A DNA stretch of 64,000 nucleotides. Source: Chiloscyllium plagiosum (lineage: Eukaryota). The stretch lies in contig NC_057716.1 of assembly GCF_004010195.1 (NCBI RefSeq), positions 82,794,987 through 82,858,986 on the forward strand, written 5' to 3'. Positions 50,467-62,248 of the stretch are shown here, in pieces. How positions within the stretch are numbered: position 1 is the stretch's first letter; every line of letters starts with the position of its first letter. The position numbers and the translations under genes are program-made. The notes beneath the pieces are model-generated. The model had not been told where the DNA came from. It made no database searches and was given only the letters and a program-made list of their open reading frames with translations.

Positions 50467-51720
50467 CTCTTGCTGAGATATTTGTATCATCAATAGTCAC
50501 AGGTGAGATGCCGGAAGACTGGAGGTTGGCAAACGTGGTGCCACTGTTTAAGAAGGGTGGTAAGGACAAGCCAAGGAACTATAGAGCAGTGAGCCTGACC
50601 TCGGTGGTGGGCAAGTTGTTGGAGGGAATCCTGAGGGACAGGATGTGCATATATTTGGAACGGCAAGGACTGATTCGGGATAGTCAACATGGCTTTGTGC
50701 GTGGGAAATCATGTCTCACAAACTTGATTGAGTTTTTTGATGAAGTAACAAAGAAGATTGATGAGGGCAGAGCAGTAGATGTGATCTATATGGACTTCAG
50801 TAAGGCGTTCGACAAGGTTCCCCATGGGAGACTGATTAGCAAGGTTAGATCTCATGGAATACAGGGAGAACTAGCCATTTGGATACAGAACTNNNNNNNN
50901 NNNNNNNNNNNNNNNNNNNNNNNNNNNNNNNNNNNNNNNNNNNNNNNNNNNNNNNNNNNNNNNNNNNNNNNNNNNNNNNNNNNNNNNNNNNNNNNNNNNN
51001 NNNNNNNNNNNNNNNNNNNNNNNNNNNNNNNNNNNNNNNNNNNNNNNNNNNNNNNNNNNNNNNNNNNNNNNNNNNNNNNNNNNNNNNNNNNNNNNNNNNN
51101 NNNNNNNNNNNNNNNNNNNNNNNNNNNNNNNNNNNNNNNNNNNNNNNNNNNNNNNNNNNNNNNNNNNNNNNNNNNNNNNNNNNNNNNNNNNNNNNNNNNN
51201 NNNNNNNNNNNNNNNNNNNNNNNNNNNNNNNNNNNNNNNNNNNNNNNNNNNNNNNNNNNNNNNNNNNNNNNNNNNNNNNNNNNNNNNNNNNNNNNNNNNN
51301 NNNNNNNNNNNNNNNNNNNNNNNNNNNNNNNNNNNNNNNNNNNNNNNNNNNNNNNNNNNNNNNNNNNNNNNNNNNNNNNNNNNNNNNNNNNNNNNNGGGC
51401 ATGGATAGGATAAATAGACAAAGTCTTTTCCCTGGGGTCGGGGAGTCTAGAACTAGAGGGCATAGATTTAGGGTGAGAGGGGAAAGATATAAAAGAGACC
51501 TAAGGGGCAACGTTTTCACGCAGAGGGTGGTACGTGTATAGAATGAGCTGCCAGAGGATGTGGTGGAGGCTGGTACAATTGCAACATTGAAGAGGCATTT
51601 GGATGGGTACATGAATAGGAAAGGTTTGGAGGGATATGGGCCGGGTGCTGGCAGTTGGGACTAGCTTGGGTTGGGATATCTGGTCGGCATGGACGGCATG
51701 TACATTTCAATGACTCTATG
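50467..51720 (+). mobile_element. Young CR1/HER1 LINE RT region to 3' end, spanning an N gap
   Basis: PEDWRLANVVPLFKKG...NYRAVSLTS...QHGFVRGKSCLTNL...DVIYMDFSKAFDKVPH; 3' part nearly identical to 44382-44680. Confidence 0.95.
50893..51396. other. Assembly gap (504 N)
   Basis: N run inside a CR1 copy. Confidence 1.
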
Positions 51721-52949
51721 GAGCACCAGTAGGAATACTGCAGTGATACAGAAGAATGTGCAAACTCCATCCGGACAATCACCCTCACGCAGAATTGAAC
51801 CAGGGTCACTGGTGTTGTGAGGCAGCAGTGCTAATGACTGAGCTGCTGTGCTAATGGTAATATATTTTGCAAAATTGTAGTTTTGTTTAACAAAAACCAC
51901 CTTCTCAAATCTAGCTTCCTTGCAAAAGGTTTTACTTTTCAAAGATTGAATACACATCTGTTGAAAATATTTTCTGAGTTCAACTGCCAATGTAATTGTT
52001 GTCCATGGATTGTTTACAATCAGCCTTTCTAGAATGAAAACTGAAATTGTCTAACAACAATATGATATCAGAATGGAGTTAATTTTCTTTCAGGTGGCCA
52101 GTTAACTTGCTTCATTCTTCCATATTGGCTCGATGTAATGAGTCTTGTCTGTCTCAACAACATGTAGACAAAGGAGAGTCAGGAATATGACAGAGGTGGT
52201 TTATTAGACCCCCACAGAAGCCATACACTATGGTAAAAATCATTTAAAATTTGAATTATTTTACTCTATATAAATAAGAAAATATCAAAGTGAAATAAAG
52301 TTTTTTTTTACAAATCCTGGCTTAAGAAAACAAGGTGTGGAATTTTAATGATGAGAAATTTTCAGAAACCTTATTAGTGGAACAAGTAAAGATATTCCTA
52401 AGCCAATTTGTAGCATCCTCTCATCTGATTCTTTACAGCTAAATTGAATGTTATTGAATTTTTGCATCACTTTATAGGTTGCACTGCTCTGTTTAAGGGA
52501 GAAATATCGATGCTAGTCCTAAGGCAAAATGTGCAGTGACTAGGGACAGAAATCATAGTCTGACCAGAAACAAACCCAATTGATTATAACATGAAAACTG
52601 TCTGCATTTTACAGGATCGGAGATGTTTTCCTTTCTTGTCCCCACAGGAGATGTCTTCAGTCAGATGTGACATAATATACTAGGTTATGATTTAAACTTA
52701 TATAGTAATATATTATTCAATGGACTGCTCTCTTACTTCCTATTTTTTCAGCCAGATTTATTTAGTATAGGCTATTATGGACATGAAGAAAGAATAGTCT
52801 TCTGAGATTACCAGGGGAACAAATGCCTGAAATGGATTCTGTGCTATCACCTCCTTTCAGCTTTGAATTGGCAAATGAATGTCTTATATGAACATCAGAC
52901 AGCCAGGGGATGGGAAATCAGACTTCTCGTCCAGCCTGAATGGGCACAA

Positions 52950-53850
52950 CAACAACAAACATATTGGTTAGATCGACTGACATCATCATGCAAATTAATG
53001 TCTGGGGCAAAATCCTTTGCAAGATAGTATAGATGTATCAGATTAATGGTCACCGAACTGTGAAGGAACAGATTTCTTTGGATGGATAGTCTAGATCATT
53101 TCAGAAAGTCTGAGTCTGCACTATAAGTCAGTGTACATTGCGATGAAGTCCATTTTCTTCTCCCTGAGTGCTTGTGTGTGTACTGAAACTGGTAACTTTG
53201 GAACTGAAAATTTTAACGTAGCAACGGTTGCTGCATTCAACAAGGTGCTCCCATGGTTGCTACATTTGATCTGAAGAATAAGGGCCTGGCGTGTGACAAG
53301 GTTTTCAATTGAACATGCAATACCATTCAAGTTAGTTGGATAGAAGCAGTCAAAGCAGAAGCTAATTATGTATCGGCTGTTGGCACTCGGTCTTCGGAAC
53401 TGGAAAAGAAGCACAAGGCAGAAGAGGTGTTGTTGTTGTTAGTAGGCTTTAGGCAGTCAAAGCTTGGGAGAAGGCCAAAGAAGGTGGTAGAAGATCACCA
53501 ACTCTTTGTTGGAGAGATTGGAACGTCCAAATGGAGTGTCTCTGCACACAAAGAGTTGTAAGGGCCTGGGGAATTCCTTGAGATCCTAGGAGCTATTTAG
53601 CAGTTGACCATGATGGTGAAGGAACCCATAGCAGTACTTGCATGGCATAGTTGAAAACGATTGAAGCTCCGAAGAACTCAGGGACAATGCAGCCGAGTGA
53701 AGTTGTATGAAAATACTGCCATTGATCCCAAGAGTAGGTGTTGTCATGCAGCCTTAGGAATTTAGTAGAATTCATTGTCAGGGAAAGGGATTGGGTTACT
53801 AGAATGTCAGCTGTTGTGGAGGCAGACTGTGACATAGTAGATTTTGAGGG
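52950..53850 (-). pseudogene. Possible very old PLE RT/GIY-YIG relic
   Basis: Minus strand STAMGS (cf. GTAMGS motif B') and FDCFYP...SIENLVTRQALILQIKCS (cf. PLE thumb DS..P...I..LV.RA..ICS) in the expected order. Confidence 0.4.
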
Positions 53851-54104
53851 AGTTCTAAGGCAAATCTTTTAAACAATGAAGAATTGGAATCTCTTATAAA
53901 GGAGACAAAGCTTTAATGATATTTGCTGAGCCATAAAATCACTGACATCTGAAGTTGGCCAAGAAATCCATGGGGTGTACCTTGATTGCAAAGCCATTTG
54001 CTATGCTCTGTGATGTGTTTGGCCAGTTTCTAGGTTACTCATATTTACCTTGTGCTAAATCTGGATGTTGGCATAAAAATTGCAAGTGCAGAGAAGATTG
54101 TTTT

Positions 54105-54187
54105 ACTCGAGCTGAAACATTAACTCTGATTTATCTCCACAGATGCTGCCAGACGTGCTGAGCTTTTCCAGCAATTTCTGTTTTTGT
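54105..54187 (+). mobile_element. PLE family C pLTR end
   Basis: GAAACATTAACTCTGATTTATCTCCACAGATGCTGCCAGAC...TTTCTGTTTTTG. Confidence 0.75.
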
Positions 54188-56830
54188 CATTGTTTTGCTA
54201 TCCTAATTTTATAGAGTAAAATTTGTTTTGTTTGTTCAGATCATGGAATCCTGTGGCTTTTACCTTTAATAACACCCAGGATCTTGATTTGCAGCGAGGA
54301 AAAAGGTACTGGTCCATAGCAAGTTATAATATAAATTTGGCAGTGTCAACATGGATCATAACAAGATGTGTATTCGTCCATTTACTGGATTAATTGTGCC
54401 TTGCGGGATGAGCATATGAATACTTAAACACCTTGGTTAAGATATTGGATAGAGAATTTTCATCAAGTCACATTAGCTTTCATTGTCATGTTATATTTCT
54501 AAATCTTACTAACAATTGGTGCCAGTCTGCTTTAAATTACTATGGTGACAGCATGGCATGGACTGGTGTCGCCTGGATTCTGGAAGCAGCATGGTGTAGC
54601 CCAGAGTGGGAATGTAGCAGTGGAGAAGGAAATGTTAGACTTTCTAAGTTATCTTTCTTTATTTTTTATGTTATTTTAAGTTAATTAGAATGGCGCCTAT
54701 GTATGGTGCCAGTACATATTTTCCACTGTATTTTCTATTGAATGCGTGTGACAATAAATGATTCGATTCAATTCAAGTGGCCTCCTCCCCATTCTGATGT
54801 TTTGCAAAGACTTCCTATATCCATATGGATTCCTATCTGGTCTTTCCCAGAGCCTCCCAACCTTCCAAAATGATATCTGCTAGAAGGATCTCCACCTTGA
54901 ATCTATACTTCAAATTTCATGGAGGCTTCAGATGGCTGTTTCAATCTCTGCCTCAGTCATCTATCCCCCCATTTTGATCTTTATCAGAGACCCCCCCCTC
55001 TCTTTCCTTGTCTGTCAGAGACAAAACCCTCACTTATCTTGGTCAGAAGCACAACTCTACTGACTGCCAAGTGTTATTCACACAGCTCGCCACCTCTTGC
55101 TGCCAAATGTTTACTCCTGTTCACTGGTTAGGACATCATCTGTGCTTGTGTCAGGCAAGGTTATGTAAAAATTACTGAAATTACTTCCTACTCTTAAAAC
55201 TGGAAGATATTCTGGTCTCCAACTCCATTTCTGGTCTCTCATTCATCTAAACTCTGACCCAATCTCTCTTTAGATGACAAATTGCCATCCTAGACGTTAG
55301 CCTGGTTAACTTGCACTGTACACCTCTCTAACAAGAACATCTATTCTTAATAAAAAAAGGAATACTGCACACTGTACTCCAGGTATGTTCTCACCAAGGC
55401 CTTGTATAGCTGCAGGTAATACTTCCTTACTCCTGTAGTCAAACCCTCTTGCAAAAGAGGCCAATGCACCATTTGCTTTCCTAACTGCTTTCAGTGACTG
55501 GTGTATGATGTCACCCAGGTCCCGTTCTGTGTCAACCTTCCTCAAGCTATCACCGACAAATAATATTTTGTGATTCTGTTTTTCCAACTAAAAAGAGGAA
55601 ACTTTCATACTTTTGTTACACTGCATCTGCCATGCATTTACCAACTCAATCAACTTATAAGACCATAGGAGCAGAAGTTAGGCTATTCAGCCCATCGAGT
55701 TTGCTGTGCTATTCAGTCATGGCTGATAGGTTTCTCAACCCCATTCTCCTGCTTGTCTCCATAAACCTTGATCCCCTTTATAATCAAGAAGCTATCTATC
55801 TCTGTCTTAATTATACACAATGACCTGGCCTTTACAGCCTTCTGCAGCAGTGAATTCCATAGATTAGCCACTCTCTGGCTGAAGACATTTCTTCTTATCG
55901 CTGTTATAAAATGTCTTCCCTTTACTCTAAGGATGTGCCCTCAAGTCCTTGTCTGTCCTACCAATGGAAACATCTTCCCAACTTCTACTCTGTCCAGGCC
56001 ATTCAGTATTCTGTAAGTTTCAATCAGAACACCCCACATCCTTCAAACCTCCATCGAGTATAGGCCCAGAATCCTCAAATATTCTTCATATGTTAAGCTG
56101 TTCTTTCCTGGGACCATTCTCGTGAATCTCCTCTGAACATGCTCCAGGGCCTCTTGAGATATGGGCCGAAAACTGCACACAGTACTCTAAATATGGCCAG
56201 ACCAGAGCCTTATAGAGCATCTGAAATACATCACTGTTTTTATTTTCAAGTCATCTCAAAATAAATGCTATCATTGCATTTGCCTTTCTTACTACTCACT
56301 CAAAATACACATTTACCTTGAGAAAATCCTAGATTAGAACTCACAAGTCTCTTTGCACTTCAGACTTCTGAATTTTCTCCCCATTTAAAAAAAATGTCCA
56401 TGCCTCTATTCTTCCTATCAATGTGCATGACCTCACACTTTCCCACATTGTACTCCATCTGCCACTTTTTTGCCCATTTTCCTAACCTGTCCAAATCCTT
56501 CTGCAGCCTCCCTGCTTCCTCAATGTGACCTGTCTCTCTACCTATTTTTGAATCATCTGCAAATGTAGCCAGAATCCAACAATTCCTTCATCCAAATCAT
56601 TAATGTATAAAGTGAAAAGTTGTGGTTCCAACACTTAGCCTTGCAGTACACCACTTGTCACCAGCTACAACCCTGAGAAGGACCCATTTATCCCCACTCC
56701 CTGCTTTCTGCCAGACAGTAAAGCTTCTATCCATGCTAGCAACTTGCCTCTAACACAGTAGCATGTTGTGCAGCACCTTGTGAAGGGCCTTCATGAAGTC
56801 CAGATAGATAACAGCCATTGATTCTCTTTG

Positions 56831-56920
56831 TTGAAAAATGTGGTGCTGGAAAAACACAGCAGGCCAGGCAGCATCCGAGGAGCAGGAGAATCGACGTTTC
56901 GGGCATAAGCCCTTCTTCAG
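56831..56920 (-). mobile_element. PLE family A mini-insertion
   Basis: 11-bp TSD GATTCTCTTTG at 56820-56830 and 56921-56931; nearly the same extent as 4356-4443. Confidence 0.9.
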
Positions 56921-56927
56921 GATTCTC
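56886..56927 (-). ncRNA. Minimal type-I hammerhead ribozyme motif, intact
   Basis: Minus strand GAGAAUC-CUGAAGA-A-GGGC-UUAU-GCCC-GAAAC-GUC-GAUUCUC: 7-bp stem I, full core, 4-bp stem II, palindromic ACGU stem III, GUC cleavage triplet. Transcription and activity are not shown. Confidence 0.7.
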
Positions 56928-57295
56928 TTTGGTCTAATCTGCTTATTAATTCCTCAAAGAGTTCCAGCAGATTTCTCAGGCATGACCTCCCATTGATGAA
57001 ACCAAGCTGACTCTGCCCTATTTTATTATATGCTTCCAAGTATTCAGAAATCTCATTCTTCACAATGGATTTCAGGATCTTACCCAGCACCCTGAAGCCT
57101 TTTTACATCCTCCTCATCAGTTGCAATTCCATCTAGATATGTGTCATCAGTAACATTAGAAATATCACATTTGATAGTGTCATTCAAATTGTTAGCATAA
57201 TGCAGATAGTTCCAGAATTTCTCCATGTCTGGATGGTATAATTTCTTAAAGGGGATACTGAGAATCCATTTTAAATATATTAATACTCCATTCTG

Positions 57296-57646
57296 TCATA
57301 GAATCCCCACAGTGTGGAAACAGGCCTTTCGGCCCAACAGGTCCACACTGACCCACCGAAGAGTAATCCACCCAGACCCATTTCCCTACCCTGTTACTCT
57401 ATGTTTATCCCTGACTAATGCACCTAACCTACACATCCTGAACACTATGGGAAATTTAGCTTGGTCAATTCACCTAACCTGCACATCTTTGGACTGTGGG
57501 AGGAAACCAGAGCACCCGGAGGAAACCCACACAGTCACCGATAGAATGTGCAAACTTCACAGAAACAGTTGCCCGAGGCTGGAATCAAACCTGGGTCCCT
57601 GGTACTGTGAGGCAGCAACGTTAACAACTGAGCCACAATGCTGCCC
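57296..57646 (-). mobile_element. HE1 SINE
   Basis: Minus strand GGGCAGCATTGTGGCTCAGTTGTTAAC head, conserved core, GATTCTATGA tail. Confidence 0.9.
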
Positions 57647-58704
57647 TGTCTGTCTTTGTTCATTTTTTACTACTAAAAATAGACAAGCACTTTTTTACCA
57701 AAGCTGATCAAAAACAGTCCACTGCACAACATTACCAGATAGATGATCAAGCCTTTGATTTTCCCTCCTTGTGCAACCCCCTGCCCCTGTACCCATAACT
57801 ATTATGGTGTCACAGGCATAATTCAGAATTCAGCTTCCAAAAGTTTGCAAGTGAAATCACATCCATTGCATTGTTTTCTAGCGCAGTATATGGTTCTTTT
57901 TGCCATTCTGATAGAAATCTATTTTCCTAAAACAACAGATAATGTTCAAATCTTTGTCGTTTGAACTCTACCTCTGTTGTTCTTTTATAATCTTTACCAA
58001 CTAACCAAAATGGGCAGATTTTAATGTTTATTGAGACCTCACCAGCGCTGAATGAGTGTCAATAAATGAATGACAATTAACTTTCCTTTTGTGGTGGCTT
58101 TTCCACTTGTACTGGACATAATCTTATATCCACGTGTCAGAAGGATTTACTGAAAGCAAACTACCGTGGAATTAAAATTATTCAAATGAGTATTTATTTT
58201 GCAGTGTCTACCCTTCTTCTCATTCTTTAAATCTTATATGTTTAAGTCTAGCTATCAAGCTCCAATATTCCCATTTTATTCAAAGAAAGTAAAAAAATAA
58301 AGCTGTGATATCTGTTTTCCAAGACTAGCTATAAGGATGAAATCACTGAAATTCACAAACAAGGAGCTGTCTCATTTTGAATTGCTTTATGAAAAATGAT
58401 TTCTCTTTCACTTACTTTAATCTACATGGAACTCTGTCAGTGATACTCTGTGCAACATAAAATATATGACGGCCATATACTGATTCTGACTACGAATTGA
58501 TGAGCATTAGATTGTCATTTGTGTTATATTAGGAAAAATTCTCACTTTGGAGACTTTATTTCTTGCAGTGAACTTAAAACATTCCTTTCCCCTTCTGCCC
58601 CAAATTCCCACTTTGACCCAAATTCCCAGTTATTCACTCTGACTCAGTCTCACTTCAGCATCGTCTCCAGCAGTCCACTTTGAATAAACTTTCCTAACGA
58701 GTCA

Positions 58705-58918
58705 AAAACAGAAATTACTGGTGAAACTCAGCAGGCCTGGCAACACCTATGGGAAGAAAACAGAGTTAAATTTCAAGCCTGGTGACTCTTTCAGAATCTG
58801 TTAAAACATGAACTCTGCTTTCTTTACACAAATGCTGCCAGACCTGCTGAGAAACACCAGCAATTTCTGTTTTTGTTTCAGAACTCCAGCATCCACAGTT
58901 CTTTGTTTCATTTTAGCT
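58705..58918. mobile_element. PLE family C head-to-head insertion, diverged
   Basis: AAAAACAGAAATT.CTGG...CTCAGCAGG and its reverse complement; imperfect TSD CTAACGAGTCA / CTGATGAGTCA. Confidence 0.75.
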
Positions 58919-59431
58919 CTGATGAGTCACTTGTGTTTCTTAACTTCCTGCTGCAGTAATCAACATTTAATTCAGAAAATAAATTTCATATTTTAGATAG
59001 ATAACTGCTACTATTAGGCAGCTGCCTGATTAACTATGCTATTTTAACTTCCTTAAAGGACATGTTTCTTGGCATGATTCTAAATTTTACTGTATAATTA
59101 AACTTGCAAATGATTTATCAGCCAAGTTCCCACTTTGACCAAAATTCCCAGTTACGCACTCTGTTTCAGTCTTACTCTGGTGAAGCCTTCCTCACTCTAA
59201 CTATGTCAGTTACTCTGCATTATTTTTATGGCACTAACAGTGAATTTCATGACAAAGTTTACCCTGTACAGTTTGATATTAGTTCAGCTTTAAGTATTCT
59301 ATGTGGTCAAATGTATTGGACAGATATGAATATTAGATCTTGAGTTGAAGTCAGAAGCAGTTTAAAGGTACTTGACTTATGAAACATGAATTTGTATTTT
59401 ATCATTTGGTTAGGCAAGAAGAATAACTAAT

Positions 59432-59669
59432 GAAAACTGAAAGAACTGCAAATGCTGTAAATCAGAAACAAAAACAGAAATTGCTGGAAAAACTCAGCCG
59501 GTCCAGCAGCATCTGTGGAGAGAAATCAGACTTAATGTTTTGGGTTGAGTTATCCTTCCTCAGAACAGTTTTGAGGAAGGATCATTCAACTTTAAACATT
59601 AACTCTATTTCTGTCCACAGATGCTCCTAGACCTGCTGAGCTTTTTCTGGCAATTTCTGTTTTTGTAGC
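59432..59669. mobile_element. PLE family C head-to-head insertion
   Basis: 9-bp TSD ATAACTAAT at 59423-59431 and 59670-59678; centre CCTTCCTCAGAAC-A-GTTTTGAGGAAGG; left arm carries the extra tail. Confidence 0.85.
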
Positions 59670-60289
59670 ATAACTAATAAGATGGTTCTTAAAACCGAGC
59701 AAGTAGAGAGACAAGTAATGAGACTGATTACATTGAGAAAGATAACCCAGTACTGGAAAGTTTCTTCTGTGCATTATAAATGGCAAAATTATAAACCCTT
59801 CTTGATAAATGGGTTTATGATTGTGATGCACAAGGAAATCGCAGCTGCCAAATTTATCACAGCTGTTGTGCTTTCATCACCAGCTTGACCAAATATCTAT
59901 GAGTGCATAAAATCGCATACTGTCACGATTAGACTTTGGACTGACTGGCCTATTCTCACCTCTTGAGATGGGTATAACATCAACTGCTTTTGGTAAACCT
60001 CCTTCAACACAGACATTAAAGATAAGTTGAAGTTTTGACCAAATATTCAAACAGCACTAAATTTACCATAATTTCTCATTAAAATAAATATACTGACAAT
60101 TTGTCAATCCTTATCTGAATGTTCTTATCCATTTTCCATTGTTAAACTTCTTACATTTATAATACCAAAAGCAAGCTGTTTTTACATTAACTCCAAGTAA
60201 ACCTGCTGATTATTGATAGAACCTAATAGGCATGCAATGCATTTCCAAAAGTTTTGTTTTCCTTCAGTTTGAATATCATTGAATGATAT

Positions 60290-60830
60290 AGCAGAGGAGG
60301 CCATTCAGACTACTATCCCAGTATTTGCTCTTTGAAAAGCTATTCAATTATTCCTACTCTGTTCAGTTTCTCTTAATCCTGAAAATATATATTTTCCACG
60401 TATTTACATAATTCCCCCTTTGAAAGTCCCAGTTGAATCTGCTTTCAGCACATATATATGGGCAGCGCACACTAGTTTGAAGTGCGTAAAAGAAAATTGT
60501 TATCCTTCCTCTAGTTCTTTTGTCAATTATCATAAACCTGTGCACTTTGGTCACTCACTCCAGTTGAACCAGTTTGTCCCTATTGATCAAAACCCCTCAA
60601 TTTTGAATGAAGCTATTACATTTCTCTTTAAATTTCTCTACCCTGAGGAGAACAATTGTGGCTTCTTTAGGCTTTCAACACAACTGAAGTCTTTCATCCC
60701 CAGTATTATTCAGGTAAATCTCCCCTGAATCCGCTCTAAGACCTTAACCTTTTGAAGCATTTATACACCTTCTTCCTAATCATGGTGCCCACAGGTTGCA
60801 CACATTAGTCTAACAGAAGACAAATCAGTG
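60290..60830 (-). mobile_element. Very old CR1 LINE 3' portion
   Basis: GAGGAGGCCATTCAG tail motif; TCATCCCCAGTATTATTCAGGTAAATCT (minus RFT*IILGMK, cf. RFTRMIPGM). Confidence 0.55.
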
Positions 60831-61987
60831 ATCTCTATCCTTAAGAGTTTCTATCATTAACTGTTGGATGGGTTTGTGACAAATCATGTAATGATTTATA
60901 AGATACTTGCACTTTTCTGGTTTTACAATCTAAAAGTGGGCAATATTTAGAGAGTTAGAAAATACAAAATCCATGAAGAAACCTAAAGCTGGTGATCCCA
61001 CTGACAGAATTAGAAGCTATGGATTCTGCAAAGATGATACTGTAGTGTTTATTATTAAGACCACAATATTGCAGATTAATTGCAGAAAAGCCTATTACTT
61101 TACTTCACAATTTTTAATTATTTTCGAGAGTTCCTGTACTCAGCAGGGTGAAGTTCAATGCTGTAAAATGGAATACTTTCTGTTCCGTGGGAAACCAAAT
61201 TACTGGAAGCAAGCAGAAAAGAAAAAAAAACAGCCTTACATAAATGCCAATAATCTAAGTTTGAAGGAAAATATTACAGAAACTAACTCACCATACTGAA
61301 AAGAAGCACCTGAGTGGTGAATCTACAGAGCTATGCAAGATTATTTTAAAGTGGAAAGTTTCCGTGAAATGTTGGGCAATGTTACAATCCATTGAGGGGC
61401 ATGGGACAAACATGGAAAAGTCAGATTTTAGCATCAAGTTTAAACAGCGAGTTCTAAACCACACTAATCAATGGCAATAACCTTATTTGCATCTCATTAT
61501 TAGCTAAATTTACCATATTTCTATACGGCTACAATGCAGCCAGACAGAGTCAGCTCTCGACATAAGTCAGAGCAATTACCTGGTGGCAGCAGCAGCTCAC
61601 CACTCAGTTCTCTGGGTCTTCAACACAATCTTCACCATAATTTCCCTGCATGTTCTGTGGACTTCATCCTCTTCCCTCCTTTGTCCACACACTGACAAAT
61701 CGACAGGCTCACACCAATGCCATGGCCAAAACACACCCCAATTCAGCCTTTCAGGATTTCACTTTGGGGCTCAGGGACACATAACCTGTATGCTTCCCTG
61801 AGGTCCCTTTGCATACAGGGCTACACATGCAGCTGCACAAGATGCACCTTATGGCTCCTAGCTCACTTTCTTAGCACACATTAACTTTGCATTTATTGGA
61901 GGCTGCCAGACTCTGTCGCTTTCATTGTTTTCTAACACAGAGGTAGCTTGTCATTATTCAGAGAACTGAACAGTTTTGGAGTTGCCG

Positions 61988-62034
61988 GATGTCACTGGGC
62001 TACATCGATGTCACTGGGCTACATCAATGTCACT
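61988..62034. repeat. 19-bp tandem repeat (about 2.4 copies) overlapping a PLE TSD
   Basis: GATGTCACTGGGCTACATC twice, then AATGTCACT. Confidence 0.85.
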
Positions 62035-62248
62035 AGGCGAAAGTGAGAACTGCAGATCAGAGTCAAGATTAGAGTGGTGCTGGAAAAACACAGTAGGTCA
62101 GGCAGCATCCAACAAGCAGGAAAATTGACGGTTTGGGCAGGAGCTCTTCATCAGGATGCTGAAGGACTCCTGCTGAAATGTCGATTTTCCTGCTCCTTGG
62201 ATGCTGCCTGACCTGCTGTGCTTTTCTAGCACCACTCTAATCTTGACC
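62034..62248. mobile_element. PLE family A head-to-head palindrome
   Basis: 15-bp TSD CTACATCAATGTCAC at 62019-62033 and 62249-62263; ~80-bp arms; left arm carries the extra tail. Confidence 0.9.

Larger units (their letters stand above)
50252..51851 (-). mobile_element. HE1 SINE split in two (50252-50466 and 51721-51851) by a young CR1
   Basis: GGAGGAAACTG before the CR1 continues as GAGCACC...AATGTGCAAACTCCA...GAGGCAGCAGTGCTAA after it. Confidence 0.75.
55340..57085 (-). mobile_element. CR1 LINE RT region to 3' end (55660-57085) next to or inside an older CR1 fragment (55340-55650)
   Basis: Minus strand HQWEVMPEKS/NLL-like, AVIYLDFMKA, KCEVMH and RALVWPYLEYCVQF motifs; CTATGGTCTTAT tail at about 55660. 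Confidence 0.85.

Noticed and set aside
50508-51612. Long ORFs of 200-300 aa
   Set aside because: Artefacts of translating the 504-N gap; the real residues are CR1 RT
53593-53835. Possible GPCR-like fragment
   Set aside because: No convincing transmembrane pattern or motifs; better explained as a decayed PLE RT
55083-55103. CTCF-like motif GCAAGAGGTGGCGA on the minus strand (similar at 22895)
   Set aside because: Imperfect match, expected by chance in 64 kb without binding data
61988-62034. CRISPR-like repeat
   Set aside because: Contiguous tandem with no spacers, eukaryotic context, no cas genes
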